64,000 bases of DNA from a virus (IMGVR_UViG_3300024581_000835:3622-67621), one strand, 5' to 3'. Counted from the first letter of the stretch, positions 28,734 through 38,458 are shown. Notes: generated by a model not told the origin, from the sequence alone. Numbers and translations are program-made.

Positions 28734-29236
28734 TAGATATAGTCCTCCCAACTAGGGTGTTTAATTTCAAACGGCAGTCCTTTTCGAATAGCAACCAATT
28801 CGTAATAAGTTGGCTTATAAGGTTCTCTGCTAGGTTTGATTAATTTACTTCCTTTGGTGGTGTTACACTTCATACAACTTGCTACAATGTTTTCCCAACA
28901 AGTTTTACCACCCATACTAACTGGATAAACATGATCCATAGTAACAGTTGTTGTGCTTACATTTGTATTACAATATTGACATTGAAATCTATCTCGCAAT
29001 GTAACATTGAATTTAGAGAATCTCGGATACTTGTTCTTTCGAACATACTCTTTGACCATCATTACTGCTGGCACACGAGTTTCCCAATTTGCACTGTGCA
29101 CAATCCAGTCATCGTACCACTCGAGCACAGTGACTCGATCCATGCACATGTATTTGATTGCTTCTTTCCAACTCACTGCACTTAGTGGCAAAACACTAAT
29201 GGGAGATGCATCCTTATTCAGCATCAAGGTGTCCAT
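28733..29236 (-). CDS. HNH endonuclease (McrA-like)
   Basis: RDRFQCQYC, TMDHVYPVSMGG and NIVASCMKCNTTKG. Confidence 0.9.
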   Translation of the reverse strand: MDTLMLNKDASPISVLPLSAVSWKEAIKYMCMDRVTVLEWYDDWIVHSANWETRVPAVMMVKEYVRKNKYPRFSKFNVTLRDRFQCQYCNTNVSTTTVTMDHVYPVSMGGKTCWENIVASCMKCNTTKGSKLIKPSREPYKPTYYELVAIRKGLPFEIKHPSWEDYI

Positions 29237-29619
29237 TACAAATCCTCTGAAAACTTGATTATGTCACTGCCAGTTAACTTGAACCAACTGGCATCAATTT
29301 CGTTAAAGAAACTAATACTGGTCTTTCCTATATAATACGGCCATTCCATCTTTTTGTCAAGCATTATGAGTGATTGATTTGATGGTGCAGTGGTTATTGC
29401 ATACTTGTATTCAACAAAGTGTCTCTTCATCATAGTGCATCCTAAATACGTGAGTCGCAGTCCAAGATGTTTTGTAGAAGTTTTTCTGTAGTTAGAAAAT
29501 ATGCAGTTGAATATCTGATGATCAGTGATCTCAACATCAGTGGTATCGACTCTGCCGTTTATAGCACGGATACAACTGGTTCTGATTGTCTGTAATATGT
29601 AATCATGCAAGCTCAGCAT
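29236..29619 (-). CDS. Hypothetical protein
   Basis: Coupled ORF; TAAATA box upstream. Confidence 0.65.
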   Translation of the reverse strand: MLSLHDYILQTIRTSCIRAINGRVDTTDVEITDHQIFNCIFSNYRKTSTKHLGLRLTYLGCTMMKRHFVEYKYAITTAPSNQSLIMLDKKMEWPYYIGKTSISFFNEIDASWFKLTGSDIIKFSEDL

Positions 29620-29633
29620 ATTACATATTTATC

Positions 29634-29930
29634 TTAGATTTCGTGTTCTTGTACTACATCACCCTGCGTTAGTTTTACCACACAAAACTCTTGTGTGTCG
29701 AATATCTTGTTTAATCTGCTGGCTAAGTTGAATGCATGACCTGGATTTGAGAATGACACTTTTTTGTATTTGGGACCTGGATAACTTACCAAAGTATTAA
29801 GCGTTCTAAGATTAATAGGACTGCCTTGATAAAACACAGAGTAGATTGCTTCTGCTTTCAGCACTTGCTCTGCTTTGTACGATGATCTGTTTACTGCTTC
29901 TAGCAGTATAGTTGGCTTTGGTCTGCTCAC
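29634..29930 (-). CDS. Conserved-looking phage hypothetical protein (MSRPKP...)
   Basis: GTG start after AGGAG; YPGPKYKKVSFSNPGHAFNLA motif. Confidence 0.7.
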   Translation of the reverse strand: MSRPKPTILLEAVNRSSYKAEQVLKAEAIYSVFYQGSPINLRTLNTLVSYPGPKYKKVSFSNPGHAFNLASRLNKIFDTQEFCVVKLTQGDVVQEHEI

Positions 29931-29993
29931 TGTGTGTCTCCTGGTGTAATACAATTATATATGTATTTATCTAAAAAACACAGTTTTAATGAT

Positions 29994-30248
29994 TTATAGT
30001 TCTGCTGTTAGTATAACATTTGCCAAGTCTATAGGATCTTCAAAAGAGATATATGCTGTCTGATTTTCGTACCAATCCTCACGATGATAATTCATATCAT
30101 CATGGGGAATAAAATGCCAACCCCATTTTGATTGGCATATATGGTTCATCAATTCAATGAGTGTTCCTGGAACACCGTGTGTGTTCAAACAAAACTTGTG
30201 TGCATACACCCAATTATAACCACACTCTTCAGGTGCTTGAAGGCTCAT
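29994..30248 (-). CDS. Hypothetical protein
   Basis: Tiling ORF. Confidence 0.55.
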   Translation of the reverse strand: MSLQAPEECGYNWVYAHKFCLNTHGVPGTLIELMNHICQSKWGWHFIPHDDMNYHREDWYENQTAYISFEDPIDLANVILTAEL

Positions 30249-30423
30249 CGAACCCGCCTCCGTCTACATAACCATCTTTGCGTTTTGATACACTGCGTTG
30301 CTGTACGTTGCTTGTAGACGCTTGTAGTGCGTCTAGCAGGCCCTGTGTGCTGAATGTTGCTTTGGTTATGCCTTGTACTTTTAAATTGTTTAAGTATGCA
30401 ATAACGTCTTGCACACTGTTCAT
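30229..30423 (-). CDS. Hypothetical protein
   Basis: ATGA-coupled ORF. Confidence 0.55.
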   Translation of the reverse strand: MNSVQDVIAYLNNLKVQGITKATFSTQGLLDALQASTSNVQQRSVSKRKDGYVDGGGFDEPSST

Positions 30424-30944
30424 TTAGAAGTTTCTCTTTTTTGCTTGTTTAAGAAACGCAAACGTTGACGCATCTCTAATTCAGTTTTGTAAGGACCTTC
30501 GTATCCATACTTTTCAAGTGTGGCTAACTTGGGTGAGTTGGCTTGTTTCCAGCCTTTTTCAAAATTGATGCAGTAATAGCCTGCAGAGTAATACACACTG
30601 TTACCTTCTATTTTGCTGTACAGTGGCAAGTCTGGATTGTAGTCTGGATGACCTTCTTCGATCGCAAACGGATCAGGGTAGTCTACAGCGTATCCACCAA
30701 TATAATAAGTATCCTGTACTTTGGCACTGGTACCAATTTGTTCTTCAAACAGTTTAACATTACCAAAGTGTTCTTGCACTTGGTTATCGTTATCAAACTC
30801 CAACAACTCTTTGCCGGTGATGTAGAAGTAATGATCCTGGACGTCTTTGTTGAGAATACCCAACTTGTTTTCGCCTTGATGTACAAGCCATGCAACATCA
30901 GAAATCTGTTGCAACATAGTTTTATTATAATCTACTTTACCCAT
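30420..30944 (-). CDS. Hypothetical protein
   Basis: Start MGKVDY; YYSAGYYCINFEKGW...GPYKTE motif. Confidence 0.7.
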   Translation of the reverse strand: MGKVDYNKTMLQQISDVAWLVHQGENKLGILNKDVQDHYFYITGKELLEFDNDNQVQEHFGNVKLFEEQIGTSAKVQDTYYIGGYAVDYPDPFAIEEGHPDYNPDLPLYSKIEGNSVYYSAGYYCINFEKGWKQANSPKLATLEKYGYEGPYKTELEMRQRLRFLNKQKRETSK

Positions 30945-31137
30945 AATAGTGTGTCTCCGGTTTTGCGTCTGTTTTAACAACTTCTCTTTCCTTGCTAATC
31001 CACGGCGGCAATGATTCACCGTCTGGTGCTATCGGTCTTTTGTATACAGTTGAGTCAACTCTTTCAAAGATCCATGCTAACTTGGGATTACCGTTTTCTA
31101 GAATCCATTGTGCTTTTTCTGTGTCTGTCCAAATCAT
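30937..31137 (-). CDS. Hypothetical protein
   Basis: Start MIWTD, ATGA overlap. Confidence 0.55.
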   Translation of the reverse strand: MIWTDTEKAQWILENGNPKLAWIFERVDSTVYKRPIAPDGESLPPWISKEREVVKTDAKPETHYYG

Positions 31138-31382
31138 AGTTTGATTGCTAGTATTACCAATATTGCTACCAGTAGCAAGTTTGTCATGAAAATTTCTATT
31201 GCTAATATTGTGTGATACCATATCCATCTTGTCTTGTATGCATTTTCTATTGTGACTTCATTAGGGTCAGTATCGTCCTTCATTACATCAACCACTGTGG
31301 GTTGAGGTTGCTCTGGCTCAATGGGTTCTGGTTTGCTCCAGAAACTAATTAGCCATGCTTTCAGTTTGTGCCACCATGACAT
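31134..31382 (-). CDS. Small membrane protein
   Basis: C-terminal hydrophobic helix. Confidence 0.6.
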   Translation of the reverse strand: MSWWHKLKAWLISFWSKPEPIEPEQPQPTVVDVMKDDTDPNEVTIENAYKTRWIWYHTILAIEIFMTNLLLVAILVILAIKL

Positions 31383-32391
31383 TGTTGTCCTCCGATTTTA
31401 AGTTTCTTATATCGCTATTTAGCATCGTGCCAAATTCAGTGGCGGCATCAGTCAATTTTACAAGGTTCCATTGATTACAGAACTTCATAAAATGTATTCC
31501 CACATTTCTAACCGGCTCTTTATTTACTGCCTCATTTACTACTTGCTGGCAGTGTTGTTTAATCTCATCAGGTTGTTGTGTGAGATCAATCAGTATACGA
31601 TTACGCTCGTAGTCGTCCTTGACACGATGTTCTACATCTTCGTGATCTGTCCAACGCTGTAACATAAAGTTATTATAGTTGAACCCACCTCTACCCATGT
31701 CTTCAAATGCTTCTTGCATGCCTGTTTTATTCTTACTGCCTTTCTTTCTAGCACCGGGGTATGCACTAAACACATTATCTGAACTATCGCCACGTACACA
31801 CTTTTCAAACAGCATCCACTGTGGATTGGGTACTTCTTTTTCTTTGCCTGTCTTTTTGTCAATCACACGTTCACCGGTCTTCGCATTGAGAAATCCGTCT
31901 AGGCTCACAATCTGATCAGTTGTGCCATTGTATTGACATACATTAGGTGCAAGCAATTGATAAAAGTCAGAGTCTGTGCTGATGATGATGTGATTGTCAT
32001 CCGGGTGTTGCTGTATCCATGTAGCAATCAAATCATCTGCTTCTGCTTGCGGGCAACGAATAACACTGGCATTTGTTTTGTCATTGAAAAACTCAACCAT
32101 TGCATTGTAGCTCTCAAAGAACATTTCATCATCTTCTTGTTCTTTGGGTGTGCGCTTGTCTGCGATAACTTTGCGATTTGCTTTGTATGGAGGATAAAAG
32201 TCTTTGCGCCAACTACGTCCTTCTAAACAGAACACAATGTGATCGCCATTAAAGTCGTTCCACACTTTCTTAATACTGTTGAACATGATGTGCATGGCCA
32301 TGCCCACACGCATGTCAATGTCCTTACCGCCACCCACATGCTTGGCTCGCATGAACATGTTGAGGCTGTCTACCAGTATGTAATTAGCCAT
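31345..32391 (-). CDS. rnh: T4 RNase H / FEN-like 5'-3' exonuclease
   Basis: ILVDSLN, SWRKDFYPPYKANR, EADDLI, ISTDSDFYQL and GDSSDNV. Confidence 0.9.
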   Translation of the reverse strand: MANYILVDSLNMFMRAKHVGGGKDIDMRVGMAMHIMFNSIKKVWNDFNGDHIVFCLEGRSWRKDFYPPYKANRKVIADKRTPKEQEDDEMFFESYNAMVEFFNDKTNASVIRCPQAEADDLIATWIQQHPDDNHIIISTDSDFYQLLAPNVCQYNGTTDQIVSLDGFLNAKTGERVIDKKTGKEKEVPNPQWMLFEKCVRGDSSDNVFSAYPGARKKGSKNKTGMQEAFEDMGRGGFNYNNFMLQRWTDHEDVEHRVKDDYERNRILIDLTQQPDEIKQHCQQVVNEAVNKEPVRNVGIHFMKFCNQWNLVKLTDAATEFGTMLNSDIRNLKSEDNNVMVAQTESMAN

Positions 32392-32626
32392 TGTCAAAGT
32401 CCTTTAGTAAATCATCAAATGGTGAATCTTTGTAGTTGGTTGTTTTTGCTTTCTCAAAATCAGGCTCTAGGTTGATCTTGAGATAGTTCCTATAGTTTGC
32501 CAGTATGTAATCAATCACAGCAGGCTCCATGTCAGCAACGTGTTCTTTGATCACAGGTTCTACCGCTTGCATCAACGTTGCCAAACTATTCTTTGCTTTG
32601 CTTGCTGTTTGTGACGATGACATCAT
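32384..32626 (-). CDS. Hypothetical protein
   Basis: Tiling ORF. Confidence 0.55.
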   Translation of the reverse strand: MMSSSQTASKAKNSLATLMQAVEPVIKEHVADMEPAVIDYILANYRNYLKINLEPDFEKAKTTNYKDSPFDDLLKDFDNG

Positions 32627-33020
32627 CCCTACCTTGCTGTTGCATACCGTAATCTAAATCTCGCTCTGCGTCTAATAACACAGTGCGACACACACCATTA
32701 AACCATTTGTTAACAATGTCCTCGTCTGAGGCGCCAGTAATACCTGCATCGCTTAACATCTTAACAAATTCGTCGTTCCAATCTAATTCAAAGTAACCTT
32801 GTACAACGTTGTCTGGGTTGATACCCATCTTGATTACATTCACCCACGGCTCACCGGCCTCAGTTGCTTTTGACTTTTCGTCAGCAAGTTCAAGCTCTTC
32901 CTTCTTTGCTTCGAACTCTTCGCCGTCGCCAAGATTGTACTTTGCTTCAGCAATATCTCTGTCTAATCCTTTCTTGCCCCAACTGCTAGGGTGCATATAA
33001 AAAGGTAATATGTTCTTCAT
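32586..33020 (-). CDS. Conserved-looking phage hypothetical protein
   Basis: GEPWVNVI...GYFELDWNDEFV...W motif; start MKNILP. Confidence 0.7.
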   Translation of the reverse strand: MKNILPFYMHPSSWGKKGLDRDIAEAKYNLGDGEEFEAKKEELELADEKSKATEAGEPWVNVIKMGINPDNVVQGYFELDWNDEFVKMLSDAGITGASDEDIVNKWFNGVCRTVLLDAERDLDYGMQQQGRDDVIVTNSKQSKE

Positions 33021-33040
33021 AGTTATACTCCAATACACTT

Positions 33041-33069
33041 ATTATATATTATCATATACTTTGTGTCAA
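33041..33069 (-). promoter_or_regulatory. Sigma70-like promoter
   Basis: TTGACA-17 nt-TATAAT. Confidence 0.65.
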
Positions 33070-33088
33070 CTGTTTTGGTGTACTGCAT

Positions 33089-33991
33089 TTACTTGCCTAT
33101 AGCATTGCCGTATATGTGAACGTGCACACGGCTGGAATAATTATATCCTCTGGCAATGGCCTCATCGGCAATGTCTGCCTCAGTAATCTTAAGTCCTTCC
33201 AAGGTGCCGCCGACGCCCATGATCCACACAGGATAATCAACACCAGCATCACGGAATGCTTTTGTATGTTCTTCAACTTCACGCCAACTTTCCTCTGACC
33301 CATTTACCACGAACTTTAATTGTCCATGTGGTGTACATTTTGCATACTGTGCAACAAACTCTGGCTTGATAGCACGTTTAGACTTCTCACCTGCTGTGCT
33401 CCACAGTTTAGGCGATAGGCTCCAATACCATTCTCTGTCTGCTACATCTGTGAAATTGTTTTGTATGTAGTAAAACAAGTCGTCGCTTAGTTCACGAGTT
33501 CCGTTTGTTTCTACAGTTACATTGCGTGGGAAGTTATCTCTTCTCTTGAACTCTTCTAACACACCAATGATACCTGGCTGAGTAGGATGTAGTAAAGGTT
33601 CGCCACCGGTGAACACCATGTGTACCCACTGCTTGCTAACAGGATGTTGAAACTTACCGCCTGGTAACAGCGCAGTAAGCTCGTCTACACCTTGTTGCAC
33701 AGTTCTATTTGTGATCAAATGTCTGTACTTTCTACTCCAAGTATATGAACTATCACAGCCTTTGTCAAACACGGGCAAGTCACGTACATCAGTTATGTTA
33801 GAAATATCAATCTCTTCAAACGGTAATTCATATGTATCTGGATTAGTTGGATCTTCTTGTCCAAACCCATGACATTGTAAGTTACACAAAAAGAAGCGCA
33901 TCCACAAACTAGGAATGCCAATATACTGACCTTCCCCTTGTGCTGAGTAAAAAGTTTCGGAATACTTTATGATATCATTCTGAGAGTTCAT
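33089..33991 (-). CDS. queE: 7-carboxy-7-deazaguanine synthase (radical SAM)
   Basis: ETFYSAQGEG, CNLQC...CDS, FTGGEPLL, VETNGT and SPKL; linked to folE. Confidence 0.9.
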   Translation of the reverse strand: MNSQNDIIKYSETFYSAQGEGQYIGIPSLWMRFFLCNLQCHGFGQEDPTNPDTYELPFEEIDISNITDVRDLPVFDKGCDSSYTWSRKYRHLITNRTVQQGVDELTALLPGGKFQHPVSKQWVHMVFTGGEPLLHPTQPGIIGVLEEFKRRDNFPRNVTVETNGTRELSDDLFYYIQNNFTDVADREWYWSLSPKLWSTAGEKSKRAIKPEFVAQYAKCTPHGQLKFVVNGSEESWREVEEHTKAFRDAGVDYPVWIMGVGGTLEGLKITEADIADEAIARGYNYSSRVHVHIYGNAIGK

Positions 33992-34520
33992 TTATAGTGT
34001 CCTCATCTATTTTAAGCCATCTCAGTATCTGCCTTGCTAGCGTTGCATCAACCTTGTGAAACTTTTTTTCAAACTCGCCAAACACACATTCGTGTAGCTC
34101 GCTCATTTTATAATGATCTTGACCTGCTACAATATCAAAACAGCAGTCTGTGATAATTGATTCTAAGCCATATGCATGTTGAGTAGCAGGATTGTCTATC
34201 TCAGGGTGACTCAATCTGCCCAAGCTGAGTAAACTGAGAAACACCCAATCGCTGATGCCTGTTGTTTGTACATCAAACTCTCCATTGTTTTCGTACACAC
34301 TGAGAGTGATAAAATCATCTGATGTTATTTTTCTTACATCTGTCCATGCTTCTGCACATGCATACACTTCGTCCATGTTGATAGCAAACCTACGTTGTAT
34401 CAACCTGTGGTCGCCACCTATGCACAACTGGTCGCAAACATCTGCAATTGGTACACAGTTTCTGTCCAATACCAGTGTATTGCGAGGTCCTCTTGTGCTG
34501 ATCGCCACATTACTTGCCAC
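33975..34520 (-). CDS. Hypothetical protein with possible N-terminal DUF433-like HTH
   Basis: GTG start after AGGAG. VPIADVCDQLCIGGDHRLIQRRFAINMDEVYAC resembles the DUF433 pattern. Confidence 0.5.
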   Translation of the reverse strand: MASNVAISTRGPRNTLVLDRNCVPIADVCDQLCIGGDHRLIQRRFAINMDEVYACAEAWTDVRKITSDDFITLSVYENNGEFDVQTTGISDWVFLSLLSLGRLSHPEIDNPATQHAYGLESIITDCCFDIVAGQDHYKMSELHECVFGEFEKKFHKVDATLARQILRWLKIDEDTINELSE

Positions 34521-35199
34521 ACGCAAACTCCTGCTGTAGTTTGATGTTGTCAAAGAACTCTTTCTTTGTGCCAGGATCATCTTTAAACGCACCACGGAGT
34601 ACTGTTGTTTGTGTAAGTGAACTATGTGCCATAATACCGCGGTTCTCACAACAACCGTGTGTTGCTTGAATGTAAACACCTAAATGTTCTGCACCTGTTG
34701 CTTTTGCAATTTCACGTGCAATATCATTTGCAAGTTCTTCTTGCAGTGTACCACGTCTAGCACACCATTGTGCAATGCGTGTGTACTTGCTGAGTCCGAT
34801 TAGTTTCTCACTAGCAATAATACCAATGTATGCAGTACCTGCTACTGGCTGGTGATGGTGCGAACACATGCTTTTTAGTTCAGAACGTACTACTAGCATA
34901 CCCTCATAACGATCTTCGCTATCGTTAGGAAATGCCGTTGCACTAGGTGCATGATCATAACGTCCTGCCATGATTTCATTGAAGTACATTTTAGCAAGTC
35001 GACGTGCAGTGCCTTCCGAGTTAGGGTCATTGTGTCTATCAATGATTAGACAATCAAGCACCTGCTCAAACGCTTCAGTTGCTTCGTCGATAAGTTGATC
35101 TTTTTCGCCGTCCTGAATAAGGCGACTAATGTTATCACCAGCCCAGAACCGCTTATCAGCGTTCTTGCATCGCTGGATTATTTCTTCGTATTTTTTCAT
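34510..35199 (-). CDS. folE: GTP cyclohydrolase I
   Basis: SMCSHHHQP, GLSKYTR, QEEL, HGCCENRG and TTVLRG. Confidence 0.95.
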   Translation of the reverse strand: MKKYEEIIQRCKNADKRFWAGDNISRLIQDGEKDQLIDEATEAFEQVLDCLIIDRHNDPNSEGTARRLAKMYFNEIMAGRYDHAPSATAFPNDSEDRYEGMLVVRSELKSMCSHHHQPVAGTAYIGIIASEKLIGLSKYTRIAQWCARRGTLQEELANDIAREIAKATGAEHLGVYIQATHGCCENRGIMAHSSLTQTTVLRGAFKDDPGTKKEFFDNIKLQQEFACGK

Positions 35200-35235
35200 G
35201 TATTTTCTCCGAGTTTAAGACGAGGATGTCTTGGT

Positions 35236-36210
35236 TTAGTTTTTATGATTCTTGCTCTCCCATGCCCAAGCATGACTAACAATATCATCGAGACCGTATT
35301 GTGGCTCCCAACCAAATGCTTCTCTGGCTTTGGTGTTGTCCGCCCATGTTTTAGGCGGATCGCCTGCTCTACGTTCTGCAATCGTGTGTGGTACTTGTTC
35401 GCCAGTGATGCGTTCAAATGCATCAATTACTTGTTTCACGCTGTTAGTACCGTTAGCACCAATGTTGAATATGCCGCTTTCGCCGCCGTCATCTAAGTAG
35501 TGCATAGCCGCCAAGTGTGCAGTAGCAATGTCAAACACATGAGTATAGTCTCTTTCACAAGTACCATCTGCTGTGTCGTAATCGTCGCCAAACACTTCGA
35601 ACGGCTCTTTATTTAGAATAGCTCTGCACACAATTGGAATAATGTGGCTAGCCGCTTCTTGATTATAACCGTGTTGCATTTCAGGATCAGCACCTGCCGC
35701 ATTGAAATATCTCAGTGCAGTATAGTTGATGTTGTGTGCAACGGCATAATCTTCTAGCATGTCTTCAACCATGCTCTTGGTTTTACCATATGGACTCATT
35801 GGAGCCTTAGGTGAGTTTTCTGTGGTAGGAAACTCAGTGATGTCACCGTACACGGAACTTGAGCTACTGAATATAAAGTTCTTAACACCGTTACGCACTG
35901 CACTGTTCAGCAGATAGATAGTGTTGCTTACATTGTTCCAGTAAAACACGTCAGGTTCTAACACACTGCGACCAACTTCGTGGTCCGCCGCAAAGTGCAT
36001 GATGGTATCAGGCTTTGTGAGCTTGATAATACCGTCAATCTGCTTGCTTTCAATGTCAAACGGATACAGTGTTACACCTGGTATGTCCTTTTTGCGTCTG
36101 TCAATATTGATCACATTGTGACCACTATCTACCAGCAAGCGACATACCATGCCGCCAATGTAACCACTACCGCCTGTTACTAAAACTGTTTTTTGATCTT
36201 GACTATTCAT
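35236..36210 (-). CDS. galE: UDP-glucose 4-epimerase
   Basis: TGGSGYIG, FSSSSSVYG, YGKTK (YxxxK), LRYFNAAGA and RDYTHV. Confidence 0.92.
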   Translation of the reverse strand: MNSQDQKTVLVTGGSGYIGGMVCRLLVDSGHNVINIDRRKKDIPGVTLYPFDIESKQIDGIIKLTKPDTIMHFAADHEVGRSVLEPDVFYWNNVSNTIYLLNSAVRNGVKNFIFSSSSSVYGDITEFPTTENSPKAPMSPYGKTKSMVEDMLEDYAVAHNINYTALRYFNAAGADPEMQHGYNQEAASHIIPIVCRAILNKEPFEVFGDDYDTADGTCERDYTHVFDIATAHLAAMHYLDDGGESGIFNIGANGTNSVKQVIDAFERITGEQVPHTIAERRAGDPPKTWADNTKAREAFGWEPQYGLDDIVSHAWAWESKNHKN

Positions 36211-37411
36211 ATTTTGCTCTTGCGACATGCTTACGGAAATCCCAATCATTCCTTGCCCATCGCTCTCCGTTACCTTCCAGTACATCTAGTGTACGGTCAA
36301 TTGTACCATTTTGGTATTCTGATATCTTACCAATATTATACTTTGATAAGTCATCGTTGTCAATGCTTTCAAACATTCTTTTTAACTTTTCTACAGCATC
36401 CTCAATACTCCAAGGTGTGTACAAATGGTTGTGATTGTTTGCAAACACTTCTGGAAAACTTCTGTAAGCAGGAAACAGTGTGAGTGTACCAAACGTGTCT
36501 GCCTCACTTACAGTGTTGCTAGTCCAATCTTGTAGTGCACAATTGAACAGCACTTGGCTGTCTGCTAACAGATTGTAGTAGTCATCCTTCTTCAATCCTG
36601 TGTACACTTTTAAGTTTGCTGTGCCCAGTCTGTTGTGTCCGCCTTCATATGCTAATGCTCTAGCAACGTAATCAGCACGGTTGCTTTTCAGTTCCGGGTG
36701 CCCACAGAACACAGCAAATTCTACTTCGGGGTCAATCTTGTAATACGCTTCTGCGAAGTCCATGTAAAAGTCTGGTTGCTTCTCATCGTCCCAACGTGCC
36801 GCAAATGCCACTCGCTTCTTACGATCCTTCAACGGTATGTTAGAGTCAATACGCCCTCTAACTTCGTTTTTACCAAACGGCAATCCTGTTACATAGATTG
36901 GTGCAAGCATACCTGCAATACGCAAGTGTGCCGCAAATTCTTCATTGGCTACACAAATACCACTTACCACATGATCGCACATTTCCTCATACTTTCGCAT
37001 CCAGTGAAACATGCCTTCTCTGATCAAGAAATCATCTGGGTCAGTGGTTTGTGCCAAGAAACGTAAAAACACCTTAGGTCTATATTCAGGTGGAGATTGG
37101 TCCATGATGTATGGCAAGCATTCAATACCGGGAGTGAACATGTCCTCATAGAAGATTACATCATCACTGGTAAGTTCACCATTCTTCATCATTTGAACCA
37201 AGTTCATTGTTTGGCTCAAACTGTAATACGAGCGACCATGAGCATCTAACACGCTACCTGTTACAATAGCCTTGCTGTTGTCGAGTTCTTGACCTGTGAT
37301 AATTTCATAGTCAATTCCACGACGTTTGAACACACGTTCGTTCCAGTCTTGCAGTTGTAAGGTATAGCGAGCCTCGTAACTCTCTAGTCCCATGTAAAAC
37401 AGTTTACGCAT
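36203..37411 (-). CDS. GT-B fold glycosyltransferase (GT4/phage DNA glucosyltransferase-like)
   Basis: AARWDDEKQP and FNCALQDWTSNTVSEADTFG..LFPAYRSFPE, which occupy the positions of the GT4 nucleotide-sugar-binding motifs. Confidence 0.75.
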   Translation of the reverse strand: MRKLFYMGLESYEARYTLQLQDWNERVFKRRGIDYEIITGQELDNSKAIVTGSVLDAHGRSYYSLSQTMNLVQMMKNGELTSDDVIFYEDMFTPGIECLPYIMDQSPPEYRPKVFLRFLAQTTDPDDFLIREGMFHWMRKYEEMCDHVVSGICVANEEFAAHLRIAGMLAPIYVTGLPFGKNEVRGRIDSNIPLKDRKKRVAFAARWDDEKQPDFYMDFAEAYYKIDPEVEFAVFCGHPELKSNRADYVARALAYEGGHNRLGTANLKVYTGLKKDDYYNLLADSQVLFNCALQDWTSNTVSEADTFGTLTLFPAYRSFPEVFANNHNHLYTPWSIEDAVEKLKRMFESIDNDDLSKYNIGKISEYQNGTIDRTLDVLEGNGERWARNDWDFRKHVARAKYE

Positions 37412-37414
37412 AAG

Positions 37415-37606
37415 TTATTTCTCCGAATCTAAATTATTACCATAATCGGTGTTGTCAGGTTTTTCTTCGCCTAGTCCTTCGCCATAATCAACAACATGTG
37501 TAATCTTGTCATCGAGACCCTGTGCATAAGACTTCATACGATCTGCATCGGTCTTAGAGATCTTTTTAGGTGCTGGACTAAACTCGGGTTTGTCTGAACT
37601 AGCCAT
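37415..37606 (-). CDS. Small hypothetical protein
   Basis: TAATG-coupled ORF. Confidence 0.55.
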   Translation of the reverse strand: MASSDKPEFSPAPKKISKTDADRMKSYAQGLDDKITHVVDYGEGLGEEKPDNTDYGNNLDSEK

Positions 37607-37785
37607 TACATTGAGTTCTTTTTGTCTTGAATTTCAGCACGTCGAGTCTTAGCAAGTTTGCCAAGTTCGCCAAGTGCCTTTCTAGCTCTAGCCGCAGATG
37701 CTTTAACACCTTTGGTTTCAAACTTTTCATTTTCGTCGAGGTATTCCTCAAAAAACTTTTTAATTTGTAAATGAGTCTCTGTCAT
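37606..37785 (-). CDS. Histone H1-like (Hc1-type) small basic protein
   Basis: KGVKASAARARKALGELGKLAKTRR motif; SD AGGAG. Confidence 0.65.
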   Translation of the reverse strand: MTETHLQIKKFFEEYLDENEKFETKGVKASAARARKALGELGKLAKTRRAEIQDKKNSM

Positions 37786-37802
37786 TTTATTCTCCTTAGT
37801 TA

Positions 37803-38177
37803 TTATCCTGTTACAGGATATTCCATTTCGCAACCGTTCTCATTATCTTCGGCTACTGAAATCTTTAACCAGCGATTGGGGTACATTGCTTGTACATGCT
37901 CCGCTAGTTCATCTGCAATCATTTCACAACTCTTGTAATCCAATTGCAATGTGTCTTGTGCATACAGTCTTTCCATCCATCTCTTGAACTGTATAAATTC
38001 TACGTCTCTGTCATCATGAAACACTTCAAGCCATACTTTAAAGTGAAAGATGTGTCTATGTGGATAACCTAAGAAACTTACATCATCCCAATCGCCCGTT
38101 GCTAGATTAGGATCCTCCAGTGCCGCTGGATACTTGTGTATCCCCTCCTTCTGAAACGTTACCCAAATGCTTCTCAT
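37803..38177 (-). CDS. T-fold QueD-like protein (LxxxHRHxF variant, DpdL-like)
   Basis: LGYPHRHIF, SCEMIA and EDNENG; lacks the QueD CxxxHGH motif. Confidence 0.75.
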   Translation of the reverse strand: MRSIWVTFQKEGIHKYPAALEDPNLATGDWDDVSFLGYPHRHIFHFKVWLEVFHDDRDVEFIQFKRWMERLYAQDTLQLDYKSCEMIADELAEHVQAMYPNRWLKISVAEDNENGCEMEYPVTG

Positions 38178-38458
38178 GTGTTGTCTCCGTCGAAGTACTT
38201 GACTTTGCTTTTATCAAATACGCCTGTCTTTGTTGTCGAAGTCGCATTTGACTTCTGTTGATTTGTGTTTGTCTCCACGCTCGCTTCATTGTTGGCATCT
38301 CCAATAGGCCTGTCGTAATAATCTGTTAAACCTGCACGTTGTCTTGCTTTCTTCTCGCTTACTAACACACTGCTCATGTATGCAAAAAAACCTGCAACTA
38401 CCACAAGAAGCAAACCAAAAATAAAATTAACTACTGTCATAAAGGCTTCAATCATCAT
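38174..38458 (-). CDS. Small membrane protein
   Basis: N-terminal TM helix. Confidence 0.6.
   Translation of the reverse strand: MMIEAFMTVVNFIFGLLLVVVAGFFAYMSSVLVSEKKARQRAGLTDYYDRPIGDANNEASVETNTNQQKSNATSTTKTGVFDKSKVKYFDGDNT

Noticed and set aside
28733-29236. HNH gene as a mobile homing element
   Set aside because: It is free-standing and translationally coupled to its neighbours, with no flanking intron structure or split gene.
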